Below, piece after piece: positions 18,746-33,645 of a DNA stretch of 64,000 bases. Position 1 is the stretch's first letter, and each line of letters opens with the position of its first letter. The notes under the pieces were generated by a model. That model was not told where the DNA came from. It saw only the letters and a program-made list of their open reading frames with translations, and searched no databases. Source of the stretch: an uncultured Actinomycetota bacterium (GTDB taxonomy: Bacteria > Actinomycetota > Actinomycetes > JAFAQI01); the NCBI GenBank assembly GCA_963789615.1, contig CAWBLI010000001.1:308685-372684 (forward strand), read 5' to 3'. A program made the translations under genes and the position numbers.

Positions 18746-20278
18746 TTAGCCGCCGCTGGTGATCTCGTCGACGAGCTGGGCCGCGGTGGCGCAGCGCTCC
18801 AGCAACGCGTCGACGTGGGCCTTGGTCCCGCGCAGCGGCTCCATCATCGGGATGCGCTGCAGCGACTCGCGACCGACGTCGAAGATCACCGAGTCCCAGG
18901 ACGCGGCGGCGACGTCGTCGGCGTACCGGGACAGGCAGCGACCGCGGAAGTAGGCGCGGGTGTCCGTCGGCGGCTCGGTGATGGCGCGCTGGATCTCGTC
19001 CTCGTCCAGCAGCCGGGTCATCTGGCCCCGCGCCACGAGCCGGTTGTAGAGGCCCTTCTCGGGTCGCAGGTCGCTGTACTGCAGGTCGACGAGGTGCAGC
19101 TTCGCCGCGCTCCAGTCGAGGCCCTCGCGGTCCCGGTAGCCCTCCAGCAGCCTGAGCTTCGCGACCCAGTCGAGCTCCGAGGCCATCGACATCGGGTCGT
19201 CGGCGAGACCGACCAGGGTCCGCTCCCAGCGGTCCAACACGTCGATGGTCTGCTCGTCCGCGTCGGCACCGTAGCGGTCCTCGACGAACTTGCGGGCCTG
19301 CTCGAGGAACTCCGACTGAAGCTGCAGTGCGGTGAGCGTGCGGCCGTCACGGGTCCGCACCAGGTGATGCAGGGACGGGTCGTGGGAGACGGCCCGCAGC
19401 GACGCGACCGGACTTTCGATCGAGAGGTCCACCGCGTTGTCGGCGAACCACGCCTCCTCGATCATCGACAGCACCAGCGAGGTGGTCCCGACCTTGAGGT
19501 ACGTCGAGATCTCGCTGAGGTTCGCGTCGCCGAGGATGACGTGGAGCCGGCGGTAGCGCTCCGGGTCGGCGTGCGGCTCGTCGCGGGTGTTGATGATCGG
19601 ACGCTTCAGCGTGGTCTCGAGCCCGACCTCCACCTCGAAGAAGTCGGCCCGCTGGGAGAGCTGGAACCCCTCGCCGCGACCGTCCTGGCCGATCCCGACG
19701 CGCCCGGCCCCGCAGACCACCTGGCGGGAGACGAAGAACGGCGTGAGGTGGTGGACGATGTCGGCGAACGCGGTCTTCCGCCGCATCAGGTAGTTCTCGT
19801 GGGCGCCGTACGACACGCCCTTGTTGTCGGTGTTGTTCTTGTAGAGCGACGATCCGCCGGCACCCGGGATGTGCGCCGCATGCTCGGCGGCGAGGACCAT
19901 GACCCGCTCCCCCGCCTTGTCCCACAGCACGGCGTCGCGCGGGTTGGTGACCTCGGGGCTGGAGTACTCCGGGTGGGCGTGGTCGACGTAGAGCCGCGCG
20001 CCGTTGGTCAGGATGACGTTGGCGAGACCGACTTCGTCGTCGGTGAGGAAGTCGGCGTCACGCGCTGCAGCCGGCCCGGCGTCGAACCCGCGCGCGTCGC
20101 GCTGCGGCGACTCCTCTTCGAAGTCCCACCGCGGCCGCCGGTCGCGAGGTGCTCCGGTGGTCAGCGACAGGTAGGCGTTGACGATCTGGCTGGACGCCAG
20201 CATGTGGTTGATCGACGTGCGCCCGGGAACCGAGATACCGAACTCCGTCTCGGTGCCCATCACGCGGCGGACCGTCAT
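18746..20278 (-). CDS. dop: Pup deamidase/depupylase Dop
   Basis: [10 protein letters not shown]...[17 protein letters not shown]...[21 protein letters not shown]...[20 protein letters not shown]...[28 protein letters not shown]...ASWDSVIFD is collinear with mycobacterial Dop as remembered. It is distinguished from PafA by the Dop-specific loop and its position next to pup. Confidence 0.95.
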   Translation of the reverse strand: MTVRRVMGTETEFGISVPGRTSINHMLASSQIVNAYLSLTTGAPRDRRPRWDFEEESPQRDARGFDAGPAAARDADFLTDDEVGLANVILTNGARLYVDHAHPEYSSPEVTNPRDAVLWDKAGERVMVLAAEHAAHIPGAGGSSLYKNNTDNKGVSYGAHENYLMRRKTAFADIVHHLTPFFVSRQVVCGAGRVGIGQDGRGEGFQLSQRADFFEVEVGLETTLKRPIINTRDEPHADPERYRRLHVILGDANLSEISTYLKVGTTSLVLSMIEEAWFADNAVDLSIESPVASLRAVSHDPSLHHLVRTRDGRTLTALQLQSEFLEQARKFVEDRYGADADEQTIDVLDRWERTLVGLADDPMSMASELDWVAKLRLLEGYRDREGLDWSAAKLHLVDLQYSDLRPEKGLYNRLVARGQMTRLLDEDEIQRAITEPPTDTRAYFRGRCLSRYADDVAAASWDSVIFDVGRESLQRIPMMEPLRGTKAHVDALLERCATAAQLVDEITSGG

Positions 20279-20331
20279 GAGTCAAGGGTAGGCGCCGCTG
20301 CCGACATCGGCCCGCTTTCGAGCGGCTGCGG

Positions 20332-24238
<3,907 letters not shown>

Positions 24239-24246
24239 CTGACACC

Positions 24247-25314
24247 ATGCAGCGCATGACGTCGCTCGGTCTGCCCTGGTCCGCGCCGCTCGCCGGTCGC
24301 CTCGACGAACTTGTCATCGACAGTGCCGCCCTGCGCGGCAACCCGCTCGGTGACCCGCACGAGCGTCCGCTGTGGGTCTATGTCCCTCCGGGGTACGACG
24401 ACGAGCCGGACCGCCACTACCCCAGCGTGTACATGATCCAGGGCTACACCGGCAATGTGAGCATGTGGCGCAACCGTTCGCCGTACCGGCAGCCGTTCGT
24501 CGAGACCGCCGACCAGGTCTTCGCGAGCGGGACCGCGCCCGAGGCGATCGTCGTGTACGTCGATGCCTGGACGACGTACGGCGGGTCGCAGTTCGTCGAC
24601 TCCCCGGGTACTGGGAACTACCACTCCTACCTGTGCAACGAGGTCGTTGGGTTCGTCGACTCCCGTTACCGCACGCTCGACGCACCGGAGCATCGCGGGA
24701 TCGCCGGGAAGTCCTCGGGTGGCTTCGGGGCCTTCATCACCCCGATGCTGCGGCCCGACCTGTTCGGCGGCCTCGCCTCCCACGCCGGAGACTCGCTCTA
24801 CGAGTGCAGCTACCTCCCGGAGCACCCGAAGGTGGTCCGGGCGTTGCGGCCTTACGACGGTGACATCTGGAAGTGGTGGGAGGACTTCAGGTCCCGGGTC
24901 GCGTTCACGAAGCCGGACGACGGGCTGCTGCTCATGCAGCTCGGCTGCTCGGCGTGCTTCTCCGCCGACGAGGACGGCACCATCCACCTGCCGTTCGATC
25001 CGAAGACCGGGCGGCTTCGCGACGACATCTGGGCCCGGTGGCTGGCCTGGGACCCGGTGCGGATGGTGCCGAAGTACGCCGACGCGCTTCGGGGGCTGCG
25101 GGCGATCTGGATCGACGCCGGGACGAGTGACGACTGGTACCTCGACCTCGGCGCCGAGGCGATGCGCGACGCTCTCGTCGAGATCGGCTGCTCCGACGTA
25201 CGGTTCGAGACCTTCGACGCCAGCCATGCGGCAATCGACTACCGGTACCCACTCTCGCTGGCCTGGCTCGCCCAGCGGCTCTCGCCGGAGGCGACCGTGG
25301 ACACGAGCGTGTGA
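24247..25314 (+). CDS. Putative esterase (esterase D / enterochelin-esterase-like alpha/beta hydrolase)
   Basis: LWVYVPPGYDDEPDRHYPSVYMIQGYTG...RGIAGKSSGGFGAF (G-x-S-x-G). Intact 355 aa. Confidence 0.7.
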   Translation: MQRMTSLGLPWSAPLAGRLDELVIDSAALRGNPLGDPHERPLWVYVPPGYDDEPDRHYPSVYMIQGYTGNVSMWRNRSPYRQPFVETADQVFASGTAPEAIVVYVDAWTTYGGSQFVDSPGTGNYHSYLCNEVVGFVDSRYRTLDAPEHRGIAGKSSGGFGAFITPMLRPDLFGGLASHAGDSLYECSYLPEHPKVVRALRPYDGDIWKWWEDFRSRVAFTKPDDGLLLMQLGCSACFSADEDGTIHLPFDPKTGRLRDDIWARWLAWDPVRMVPKYADALRGLRAIWIDAGTSDDWYLDLGAEAMRDALVEIGCSDVRFETFDASHAAIDYRYPLSLAWLAQRLSPEATVDTSV

Positions 25315-25423
25315 CTGCCAGGAACTGTCGGTCGTCTCGCCTAGCGTGAGGACATGACCACGGTCGACCTCCCGAACCCCCGTCTCGGACGCCACTGCGC
25401 TGCCCGACGTCGCAGCGGGCACC

Positions 25424-26233
25424 GTGGCCGAGTGGGCGTTGTCGCCGTCCCGTGCACTGGACTTCAAGAACTGCGCACTGCTGTACCGGCTGCGGGTGAT
25501 CGACAAGCTGCCGGAGCCGCCGAGCCTCGACGCGGCGCGCGGCACGGTGATCCACGCTGTGCTCGAGGGCCTGTTCGACCTGCCGGCGCCGCAGCGCACG
25601 GTTGCCGCCGCTGCCGAGCAGGTCGAGCCGACCTGGCGGGAGCTGATCGAGAGCGACCCGGAGCTTGCCGCGCTCGTCGATGCCGACCCCGCCGGGCTTC
25701 CCGCGCTGCTCGAGTCGACCCGGGAGCTGCTGGGCAACTACTTCACCCTGGAGGACCCGAGCCGGCTCGAGCCAGCCGAGCGCGAGGTCCTCATCGAGAC
25801 CACGCTCCGGTCGGGAGTGCGGCTCAAGGGCTTCATCGACCGACTCGACCGCTCACCCGCTGGCGATCTGCGGGTCGTCGACTACAAGAGCGGCAAGTCA
25901 CCCAGCGAGATGTTCGAGGGCAAGGCGCTGTTCCAGCTGCGGTTCTACGCGTTGATGCTGTGGCGTGAGACAGGCGTGCTCCCGCGCCTGCTCCGGCTCT
26001 ACTACCTGCGCGACCGCGAGGTCCTGGACTACTCCCCCGACGAGGCGGACCTGTCGGCGCTGGAGCGCCAGCTCGAGGCGATCGGCAGCGCCATCATCCG
26101 GGCCCGCGAGACCGGCGACTGGCGGCACAAGCCGAGCAAGCTCTGCGATTGGTGTGCCCATCACGCGGTCTGCCCGGCGTTCGGTGGGACCCCGCCACCG
26201 CTTCCCGTTGTCGAGCCGGCGCCCGTCGAGTGA
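25424..26233 (+). CDS. RecB-family / PD-(D/E)XK nuclease with C-terminal Cys cluster (Cas4/AddB-like fold)
   Basis: SPSRALDFKNCALLYRLRVID...GFIDRLD...VVDYKSGK (D..D/ExK core), then KLCDWCAHHAVCPAFGG. GTG start at 25424. Confidence 0.7.
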   Translation: MAEWALSPSRALDFKNCALLYRLRVIDKLPEPPSLDAARGTVIHAVLEGLFDLPAPQRTVAAAAEQVEPTWRELIESDPELAALVDADPAGLPALLESTRELLGNYFTLEDPSRLEPAEREVLIETTLRSGVRLKGFIDRLDRSPAGDLRVVDYKSGKSPSEMFEGKALFQLRFYALMLWRETGVLPRLLRLYYLRDREVLDYSPDEADLSALERQLEAIGSAIIRARETGDWRHKPSKLCDWCAHHAVCPAFGGTPPPLPVVEPAPVE

Positions 26234-26814
26234 CCGCCGACGAGCCGGACGCCGCGAGCAGCTATGACCTCGGTCTACCGATCGAGACCGATCAGCTGAC
26301 GCTACGGGCGCTGCACCCGGACGATGCCGAGGACATCCACGCGATCTACTCGGTGCCCGAGGTGTCCCGCTACCTCTACACCGAGCCGATGAGCCTTCTC
26401 GAAGCCCAGGACTACGTCGCCCGGCGGTCGAACCCGGTCGTGGCCGCAGACGGCGACGGCGTGAACCTCGCGGGCGTGCTGCGCGAGACGGGCGCGGTGG
26501 TGGCGACCTTCTACATCCACCTGATCAGCAGCATCCATCGGCAGGGCGAGATCGGCTACGTCGTATCACCGGCGTACGCCGGTCGCGGGCTGGCCACCGA
26601 GGGCGCGCTGACCATGCTGTCGATCGGCTTCGACCGGTGGGACCTCCACCGCATGATCGGCCAGTGCGATGCGCGCAACGCCGCGTCCGCCGCCGTGCTG
26701 CGCCGGGTCGGGATGCGCGAGGAGGCATCGTTCCGCGAGAACGAGTGGGTCAAGGGCGAGTGGACCGACGAGCTCGTCTTCGCGATCCTCGCCGAGGAGT
26801 GGAAGGCCCGCTGA
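26230..26814 (+). CDS. GNAT-family N-acetyltransferase
   Basis: LTLRALHPDDAEDIHAIYS...GEIGYVVSPAYAGRGLATEGA...RMIGQCDARNAASAAVLRRVGMREE. Start chosen at GTG 26230, overlapping the upstream stop (GTGA). Confidence 0.8.
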   Translation: MTADEPDAASSYDLGLPIETDQLTLRALHPDDAEDIHAIYSVPEVSRYLYTEPMSLLEAQDYVARRSNPVVAADGDGVNLAGVLRETGAVVATFYIHLISSIHRQGEIGYVVSPAYAGRGLATEGALTMLSIGFDRWDLHRMIGQCDARNAASAAVLRRVGMREEASFRENEWVKGEWTDELVFAILAEEWKAR

Positions 26815-26831
26815 GTGCGCCGCCCGCTGAG

Positions 26832-28892
26832 TCAGGTTGTCGGCGGGTGCATCGGTCCGATGGTGGCTTCGCAGAAGGCGAGCATGTCGGCGCGCTCCTG
26901 AATCACCTTGCTCACCGGCTTGCCGGCGCCGTGACCCGCTGACGTCTCGATCCGGATCAACGTCGGTGCGTCGCTGGCCTGAGCAGCCTGCAACGTGGCG
27001 GCGAACTTGAACGAGTGGGCCGGAACCACTCGGTCGTCGTGGTCACCGGTCATGACCAACGTCGGTGGGTACGCCGTACCCGACCGAAGCTGGTGCACGG
27101 GCGAGTACGCCCGGACCCACGGGTACTCGGCGAGGTTGTCCGGGTCACCGTAGTCGCCGGTCCATGCCCAGCCGATCGTGAAATGGTGGAACCGCAGCAT
27201 GTCGAGCACTCCGACCTCCGGCACGGCTGCGCCGATCAGCTCAGGGTGCTGGGTCAGGGTGGCCCCGACCAATAGGCCACCGTTGGAGCCGCCGTTGACG
27301 ACGAGGTGCGCGACCGACGTCCAGCCGGATGACGCGAGCCACCGGGCACAGGCCGCGAAGTCGTCGAACGCGTTCTGCTTGTGCTCCCGCCGCCCGGCGT
27401 CGTACCACTCGCGACCGAACTCGCCGCCGCCCCGCAGGTTCGCGATCGCGAGCAGCCCGCCGCGGCTCACCCAGGTCGCCCGGGCGCCGGAGAACTCCGG
27501 GGTCAGGGCGATGTCGAAACCGCCGTAGCCGTAGAGCATCGTCGGTACGTCGCCCGACGGCGTCACGTCGCGGCGATGGACCAGGAACATCGGCACCGAG
27601 GTCCCATCGGCGGACGTCGCGGTCACCCGCTCGGTGACGACGAGATCGTTCGCGTCGACCGCGGAATGCACTCGTTCGGTGTCGCCGGTGGCCAGGTCGT
27701 GTGACCAGACCGACCCAGGGTCGACGAAGGACGTCGTGGCGAGATGGATGAGGGAATCCTCGAGCCGCCCGGTGATTCCTGTGACGGTGACCGGGCCTTC
27801 CAACGGAACCGTCCGAACCGGCTGCCCATCCGGCTCGAACACCTGCACCAGCGATGACGCGTCGTGGAGCAGCTTGCAGACCAGCCGGCCGCCGAGGTGC
27901 TTGACGCCGACCAGCAGGTCGTCCGACTCCGGGATCACGACCCGCCAGTGCGCGGGCTCCGGCGTCGCCCGGTCGATCGCGACGACTCGCCGGCGCGGAG
28001 CGTCGAGATCGGTGAGTGCGTAGAACGTGGTGCCCTGGGTGCCGATGACGCGGGTCTGGGCGATCGGCTCCGGGACCAGCGGGCGAAGCGAGAGGGACGG
28101 GTCGGCCAGCTCGGCGACGAGCACCACCGTCTGCAGCTCGGTGCCCCGGCTGGTCGTGACGATGAGCCAGCGGCCGTCTTCCGTCACCGCGGACTCGGGC
28201 ATGCGTTGCGGGTCGGCGTCGACATAGACGACGACGTCGGCTGGCTGCTCGGTCCCGAGCAGGTGAAGCTGCAGTCGCAGCGCCTCGTTGGTGGCCGTCA
28301 GCGCCGCGCCTTCGGCTGGAGGGTCGAGGGCGCCGTAGAAGAAGCCGCTGCTGTCGGGCAGCCAGGTCGTCTCGCAGAACTTCGACCAACGCAGGATGTC
28401 CGGCAGGTCCTCGCCGGTGTCGACGTCCCGGACGCGCCAGGTCATCCAGTCCGAACCGGCGTCGCTGGTGGCGTACGCGACCCGCCGACCGTCGTCGCTG
28501 ACCGACCACGAGGTGAGGGCCACGGTCCCCGCCGTACTGAACTCGCGGGGGTCGATGAGCACGGTGCCGAGCGAGCGCGGATCGTCCGCCACGACCAGCA
28601 CCGGCTGGTCGGCCAACCCGTCGTGGCGCAGGGAGAACCAGCGGCCGCCGTGGCGTTCCGGCGCGGTCCGCCGGACGGTGTCGAGCAGTTCCGTCAACCG
28701 CCGGGCGATGTCCTCGCGACCGGGAAGCTCCGACAGGAACTCGTGCGTGGCGGCGTTCTGAGCCGCAACCCACTCTGCTGTCTCGTCCGAGCGGTCGTCC
28801 TCGAGCCAGCGATACGGGTCCGCCACGTGCTCGCCGTGGAGCACGTCCACGACGTCTCCGCGTCGGGTCTCGGGCCAGGGACGACGTGTCAT
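26832..28892 (-). CDS. Prolyl oligopeptidase (S9A family)
   Basis: [23 protein letters not shown]-terminus, a beta-propeller middle, then the catalytic [10 protein letters not shown] (G-x-S-x-G), GDHDDRV and SAGHGAG. The start at ATG 28892 overlaps the HAD stop (ATGA). Confidence 0.9.
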   Translation of the reverse strand: MTRRPWPETRRGDVVDVLHGEHVADPYRWLEDDRSDETAEWVAAQNAATHEFLSELPGREDIARRLTELLDTVRRTAPERHGGRWFSLRHDGLADQPVLVVADDPRSLGTVLIDPREFSTAGTVALTSWSVSDDGRRVAYATSDAGSDWMTWRVRDVDTGEDLPDILRWSKFCETTWLPDSSGFFYGALDPPAEGAALTATNEALRLQLHLLGTEQPADVVVYVDADPQRMPESAVTEDGRWLIVTTSRGTELQTVVLVAELADPSLSLRPLVPEPIAQTRVIGTQGTTFYALTDLDAPRRRVVAIDRATPEPAHWRVVIPESDDLLVGVKHLGGRLVCKLLHDASSLVQVFEPDGQPVRTVPLEGPVTVTGITGRLEDSLIHLATTSFVDPGSVWSHDLATGDTERVHSAVDANDLVVTERVTATSADGTSVPMFLVHRRDVTPSGDVPTMLYGYGGFDIALTPEFSGARATWVSRGGLLAIANLRGGGEFGREWYDAGRREHKQNAFDDFAACARWLASSGWTSVAHLVVNGGSNGGLLVGATLTQHPELIGAAVPEVGVLDMLRFHHFTIGWAWTGDYGDPDNLAEYPWVRAYSPVHQLRSGTAYPPTLVMTGDHDDRVVPAHSFKFAATLQAAQASDAPTLIRIETSAGHGAGKPVSKVIQERADMLAFCEATIGPMHPPTT

Positions 28893-29614
28893 GGGGCGAG
28901 ACCTACCAACCAATCGGGCTCGATCGCGCTCAGCGACGGGACGACGTACCGGCCGGGCCCGGCGTCGATCGGTGAGACCGACGGCACGGCGACGACGATG
29001 CACCCGGCAGCCTCCGCCGAGGTCACGCCGGTGATCGCGTCCTCGAGGACCACGGTGCGTGCCGGGTCGACTCCGAGCCGCCGGCAGGCGGTCAGGTAGG
29101 GCTCCGGATCGGGCTTGCCGTGCGCCACCTCGTCACCCCCGACCGTGACCGCGAACCGGTCGACTCCCAGCCCGTCGAGGGCGGCGTCGATGAGCCTTCG
29201 GTACGACGAGGACACCAACCCGACCGGCACGTCGCGGTCACGCACCGCATCCAGCAGCTCGATCGCACCCGCATGCACCGGCAGCGCCGTGCGGAACCTC
29301 GTGACCATCTCGTCGACCATCTCGTCGCTGAGGTCGTCCACGGTTGTCGACGTACCGGTCCGGTCGATGATGTAGCGAGCCGAGGCGGCGATCGTCCCGC
29401 CGAGGCAGGCCGCCTGGTCCGCCGGCGTCCACGAGCCGCCCAGCCGGGCGACGACGGCGGTCTCGACCTCGAACCACACTGGCTCGGAGTCGATCAGCAG
29501 GCCGTCCATGTCGAACAGGACCGCCGCCGCAGTCGGAGCTGACGGCGTACCTGGCACTGGACTCAGTCTACCGTCGCAGACGCCGCGTCGCGGCTCGGAT
29601 AACGTGCGGCACAC
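28889..29614 (-). CDS. HAD-superfamily hydrolase (beta-phosphoglucomutase-like subfamily IA)
   Basis: AVLFDMDGLLIDSE (DxDG motif I), VSSS motif II, HGKPDPEPY...EDAITG motifs III/IV. The true start is probably downstream of 29614. Confidence 0.8.
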   Translation of the reverse strand: MCRTLSEPRRGVCDGRLSPVPGTPSAPTAAAVLFDMDGLLIDSEPVWFEVETAVVARLGGSWTPADQAACLGGTIAASARYIIDRTGTSTTVDDLSDEMVDEMVTRFRTALPVHAGAIELLDAVRDRDVPVGLVSSSYRRLIDAALDGLGVDRFAVTVGGDEVAHGKPDPEPYLTACRRLGVDPARTVVLEDAITGVTSAEAAGCIVVAVPSVSPIDAGPGRYVVPSLSAIEPDWLVGLAP

Positions 29615-29642
29615 CGCCCGACCTCGGCTTCAGGGAGTGTCC

Positions 29643-30107
29643 GTGAGCAGCAGGTATCGCACCGTCCTCGTGGGGACGGACGGATCAGCCTCGTCGTTCC
29701 GTGCCGTCGAACGTGCGGCGGAGCTGGCCGGGGCCACTGGCGCTGCGCTGCTGATCGCCTCGGCGTACCAACCGCTGTCCGCGCGTGAGCAGGAGCGCGC
29801 CGCTGGAGAACTGCGGGAAGACGCCTACAAGGTCGTCGGATCGCACCCGGCCGAAGACGCGCTGCGGGAGGCCACCGAGCTCGCGACGCGAAGCGGCGCC
29901 AAAGACGTGGACACGGTTGCCGAGCAGGCCGACGCCGTGGATCTGCTCGTCCGGCTGATCGACGAGCGCGGCGTGGACCTGTGCGTGGTCGGCAACCGCG
30001 GTCTCAACAGCCTGGCCGGGCGGCTGCTCGGATCGGTGCCGGCGAACATCAGCCACCGCGCGTCGTGCGATGTCCTCATCGTCCACACCACCGGTCGCAA
30101 GCGATGA
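29643..30107 (+). CDS. Universal stress protein (UspA family)
   Basis: YRTVLVGTDGSASSFRAVERAAELA...VVGNRGLNSLAGRLLGSVPANISHRASCDVLIVH. Start set at GTG 29643, after GGGAG. Confidence 0.85.
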   Translation: MSSRYRTVLVGTDGSASSFRAVERAAELAGATGAALLIASAYQPLSAREQERAAGELREDAYKVVGSHPAEDALREATELATRSGAKDVDTVAEQADAVDLLVRLIDERGVDLCVVGNRGLNSLAGRLLGSVPANISHRASCDVLIVHTTGRKR

Positions 30108-30125
30108 CCGACGTACGCTGAGGCC

Positions 30126-30962
30126 GTGACCGGTCCCGGGAGTTCGACCGGCGCACCGCGCCGGGTGATGATCGCGGCCTTCGAGGGCTGGAACGACGCT
30201 GCCGACGCCGCGACCGGCGCTGTCGAGCACCTGGAACGCGAGTGGTCGGCCCGGCCGTTCGCCGCGATCGACCCCGAGGACTACTACGACTACCAGGTGA
30301 ACCGGCCGACGGTGACGCTGACCGACGGCGTGACCCGACGCATCGACTGGCCGACCACGCGGCTCGGGCTGGCCACGGTCGGCGGTAAGGAAGTCGTCCT
30401 GCTCCGCGGCCTCGAGCCGAACATGCGGTGGCGCGCGTTCTGCGAGGAGCTCACCGACTTCGCCCAAGAGCTCGCAGTCGACAGCGTCGTCTGCCTCGCC
30501 GCATTGCTGGCGGACGTCCCGCACACCCGGCCGATCGACGTCAACGGGACCGCCTCGGACGAGGCGACCGCCTCGGCGCTAGGCCTGGCTCGCTCCCGCT
30601 ACGAGGGACCCACGGGCGTGGTCAGCGTGTTCCATCAGGCGATGGCCGAGATCGGCATCCGGTCCGTCACGTACTGGGCGAGCGTGCCCCACTACGTCGC
30701 CCAGCCGCCGTGCCCGAAGGCGACACTGAGCCTGCTGCACCACGTCGAGGATGCCCTCGACCTCGCCATGCCGCTCGGTGACCTGCCGGAGCAAGCGGCC
30801 GCGTGGGAGCGGGGCGTCGACGAGCTCGCCCGCGAGGACACCGAGATCGCGGAGTACATCGCCTCGCTCGAGCAGCGCGAGGACGAAACGGCGCTGCCGG
30901 AGGCGAGCGGCGAGGCCATCGCCAAGGCTTTCGAGCGCTACCTGCGTCGCCGCGACAGCTAA
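30126..30962 (+). CDS. PAC2 (proteasome assembly chaperone 2-like) family protein
   Basis: [23 protein letters not shown]...[15 protein letters not shown]...[14 protein letters not shown] is typical of the actinobacterial PAC2 family. Confidence 0.75.
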   Translation: MTGPGSSTGAPRRVMIAAFEGWNDAADAATGAVEHLEREWSARPFAAIDPEDYYDYQVNRPTVTLTDGVTRRIDWPTTRLGLATVGGKEVVLLRGLEPNMRWRAFCEELTDFAQELAVDSVVCLAALLADVPHTRPIDVNGTASDEATASALGLARSRYEGPTGVVSVFHQAMAEIGIRSVTYWASVPHYVAQPPCPKATLSLLHHVEDALDLAMPLGDLPEQAAAWERGVDELAREDTEIAEYIASLEQREDETALPEASGEAIAKAFERYLRRRDS

Positions 30963-32180
30963 CGAAGGCCGAGCAGGGCGTCGACCGCAGCAGCCGCGTC
31001 TGCCTGGTGCCGCCGGGTCGGTGCCATCGACCGAGACCCAGTCGTCAACCAGCGGCAGCGCCTGATGAGAGCGCAGGCCGTCACGGAGTACACCGCGCAG
31101 CCCGGCGATCAGGCGATCGGTCGGTGCGGCGCTCGGGCGGGCGAACCCGGTGCGCCAGCGATCCAGGCGCTCGGTCGCCGCGCCGAGCTCGTCGTCGTAC
31201 CACTCCCACGCAGGAGCGTGCGGGTGGGCCAGCAACGCGAGCCGGATCGCCATCGGGTCGACACCGTCGGCCCGCAGCTGTGAGACCAGCACCAGGTTGC
31301 CGCGGGACTTGGACATCTTCTCGCCCTGGTAGCCGACCATCGCCTGGTGGACGTAGCTGCGGGCGAACGGCCACCGTCCGGTGATCACGGACGCTTCGGC
31401 GGCGCCGAGCTCGTGGTGCGGGAAGATGAGGTCGTCTCCGCCGCCCTGCACGTCGATGGTCTCGCCGAGGTGGCGCAGCACGATGGCCGCACACTCCACG
31501 TGCCAGCCCGGCCGACCCGGGCCGAGCTCGGAGTCCCACGACGGCTCGCCGGGCCTCGCCGCCTGCCACAGCAGGCAGTCGAGCGGATCCTTCTTCCCCG
31601 GTCGGTCAGGGTCGCCGCCGCGCTCGCCGGAGAGCCGGATCATGTCGCCGACCGGGAGATGGCTGACCTCGCCGAAGTGTTCCGCGGACGCGACGGAGAA
31701 GTAGACGTCGCCGTCCACGTCGTACGCCGCACCCCGATCTCGCAGCTCGACGATGGAGCGGACGATGTCGGGGATGGCGTCGACGGCGCCGACGTACTCC
31801 TCCGGTGGGATCACCCGCAGCGCGGTCATGTCCTCGCGGAACAGCTGGGTCTCGCGCTCGGCGAGCGCTACCCAGTCCTCACCGGTCTCGCGGGCGCGCT
31901 CGAGCAGCGGGTCGTCGACGTCCGTGACGTTCTGGACGTAACGGACTCGCTTGCCGGCGTCGCGCGCGGTCCGCTGCAGCTGGTCGAACAGCAGGTACGT
32001 CGCCGCGTGGCCCAGGTGGGTTGCGTCGTACGGCGTGATGCCGCAGACGTACATGCTGATCTCGTCGGTCTCAGCGCCGATCTCGACCAGGCCGCCGGTC
32101 GCGGAGTCGGGCACCCACAGCGTGGTGTCGGAGCCGTCGCCCGGCAGGACCGGGAGGTCGGGGGCAGGCCAGGCACGCAC
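30959..32180 (-). pseudogene. mshC: Cysteine:1D-myo-inosityl 2-amino-2-deoxy-alpha-D-glucopyranoside ligase MshC; frame break ~45 nt before the stop
   Basis: [20 protein letters not shown] (HIGH-like), [17 protein letters not shown] (KMSKS). After ...DGTDPAAPG the ORF runs on for >100 Arg/Pro-rich codons. One base away, [13 protein letters not shown] terminates at 30959. The length of 1222 nt is not divisible by 3. Confidence 0.9.
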
Positions 32181-32212
32181 GGCTTTGAGAGTAGTGGCCC
32201 GATGAGGACCGG

Positions 32213-32944
32213 TTAGAACGGCGGCCAGGGGACGGCGGGCCAGTCCTCCGACGGCATCGGGTGGCGCCCGCTACGGAGCAGCCGGTCGACGCGGTAGGCG
32301 GTGGCCAGCACCTCGCGACGGGTGAGGTGAGCGCCGAGGGCGGCGTCCAGCGTTCCTTCGAGTTGGGCCCGCAGCCCGGACAGCACGTCGATCGCCTCGT
32401 CGGTGAGTGGATCGCCGCGCCACCCCCAGAGCAGCGTCCGCAGCTTGTCCTCAGTGGAGAAGCAGACGCCGTGGTCGACGCCGTACACGTGGCCGCCGGT
32501 GACCGGGAGCAGGTGGCCGCCCTTGCGGTCGGCGTTGTTGATGACGGCGTCGAAGACCGCCATCCGCCGCAGTGGCTCGATCCCACTGCGGGCGAGCACG
32601 CCGAGGTCGACGGTCTCGTCGACCTCGATCCACAGCTGGCACATCCCGGGGCCGAACGGCCCGTCCCGCATCACGGTCGGCGGCACGATGTCCCAGCCGG
32701 TCGCGACCGAGACCAGGTACGCCGAGAGCTCGCGGCCGGCGAGGGTGCCGTCGGGGAAATCCCACAGTGGGCGCTCCCCCGCGACCGGCTTGTAGACGCA
32801 GACGCCGGTCACCCCGTCGAGCTCGATGGTGCAGTAGAGGGTCGCGTTGGAGGCATCGACCAGCCTGCCCTCGACCTGGATGTCCCCGTCCCGCAACAGC
32901 CGCAACGCGTCCTCCGGCACCAGGCTGAAGGCGGGCTCGCTCAT
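32213..32944 (-). CDS. SCO1664-family protein (kinase-like fold, function unknown)
   Basis: Intact 243 aa: ASNATLYC...[26 protein letters not shown]...[12 protein letters not shown]...GVDHGVCF. Recognised from memory as the conserved actinobacterial SCO1664 family. Confidence 0.65.
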   Translation of the reverse strand: MSEPAFSLVPEDALRLLRDGDIQVEGRLVDASNATLYCTIELDGVTGVCVYKPVAGERPLWDFPDGTLAGRELSAYLVSVATGWDIVPPTVMRDGPFGPGMCQLWIEVDETVDLGVLARSGIEPLRRMAVFDAVINNADRKGGHLLPVTGGHVYGVDHGVCFSTEDKLRTLLWGWRGDPLTDEAIDVLSGLRAQLEGTLDAALGAHLTRREVLATAYRVDRLLRSGRHPMPSEDWPAVPWPPF

Positions 32945-32973
32945 ACCTCCAGTGTCATACGAGGCGCCGACCT

Positions 32974-33044
32974 ATGGCCCATCGGTGGCGCTATAGCCCC
33001 ACCAATGGCCCATGGGTGGCGTTATAGCCCCACCGATGGGCCAT
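32974..33044. repeat. Nested palindromic tandem repeat (2.7 x 31 bp) in the DUF3090 / SCO1664 intergenic spacer
   Basis: ATGGCCCATCGGTGG at 32974..32988 is the exact reverse complement of CCACCGATGGGCCAT at 33030..33044. Units run 32974..33004, 33005..33035 and a degenerate third from 33036. Each unit is ATGGSCCAT plus a GGTGG-CGYTATAGCC-CCACC hairpin. Confidence 0.85.
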
Positions 33045-33056
33045 GCGTGTGGCGGG

Positions 33057-33621
33057 CTAATCGGCGTGGAGGTGACCGTTCTGGCGCGGGCACACGTGCC
33101 CGGCGGGATCCAGCGGGTTGCCGCAGAGCGGGCACGGCGGCCGGCCGGCCGCGACGACCCGTAGCGCCCGCTTCACGAAGGCCCGCGCGACGGCCGGGCT
33201 GATCCGGACCCGCAACATGTCCGCGTCGGTCTCGAGATCCGACGGGGCGCCCTCCACCTCATCGGTGTCGATCGCGGACTGGGCCTCGATGATCACCAGG
33301 TCCTCGTCGTCGTCCCAGGCCAGCGCGAGCGTTCCCACCCGGAACTGCTCCTCGATCGGTACGTCGAGCGGTGCGACGTCCTCGAGCTGCGGCGGGGCGG
33401 TGACCGGCACGCTGGACTCGGCGCCCTGCCGGCGGCGTACCTCGGTCAACAGCCCGTCCAGTCGTTCGGCCAGCGCCGAGACCTGCATCTTCTCCAGGGC
33501 GACCGAGACCGTGCGGCCGGCGCCGGTCGCCTGCAGGTAGAAGGTGCGCTCGCCCGGCTGCCCGACCGTGCCGGCGACAAAGCGCTCGGGCGGGTCGAAG
33601 CGTGAACTCCTGACCGGACAT
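33057..33621 (-). pseudogene. DUF3090-family protein (C-terminal CPLCG..HVCPR zinc motif); frame break ~25 nt after the start
   Basis: ATG at 33621 gives MSGQEFT. One base off, the sequence continues RFDPPERFVAGTVGQPGERTFYLQATGAGRTVSVALEKMQVSALAERL... into ORF 33057..33488, ending RPPCPLCGNPLDPAGHVCPRQNGHLHAD. Confidence 0.75.
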
Positions 33622-33645
33622 ACCGACCACCCTAGGGGGCGGTAA

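Noticed and set aside
32974-33044. CRISPR array, considered here and at 49039..49194.
   Set aside because: There are only 2.7 contiguous repeat copies with no unique spacers at 32974. At 49039 the sequence is a low-complexity G-run. There are no cas genes in the window.
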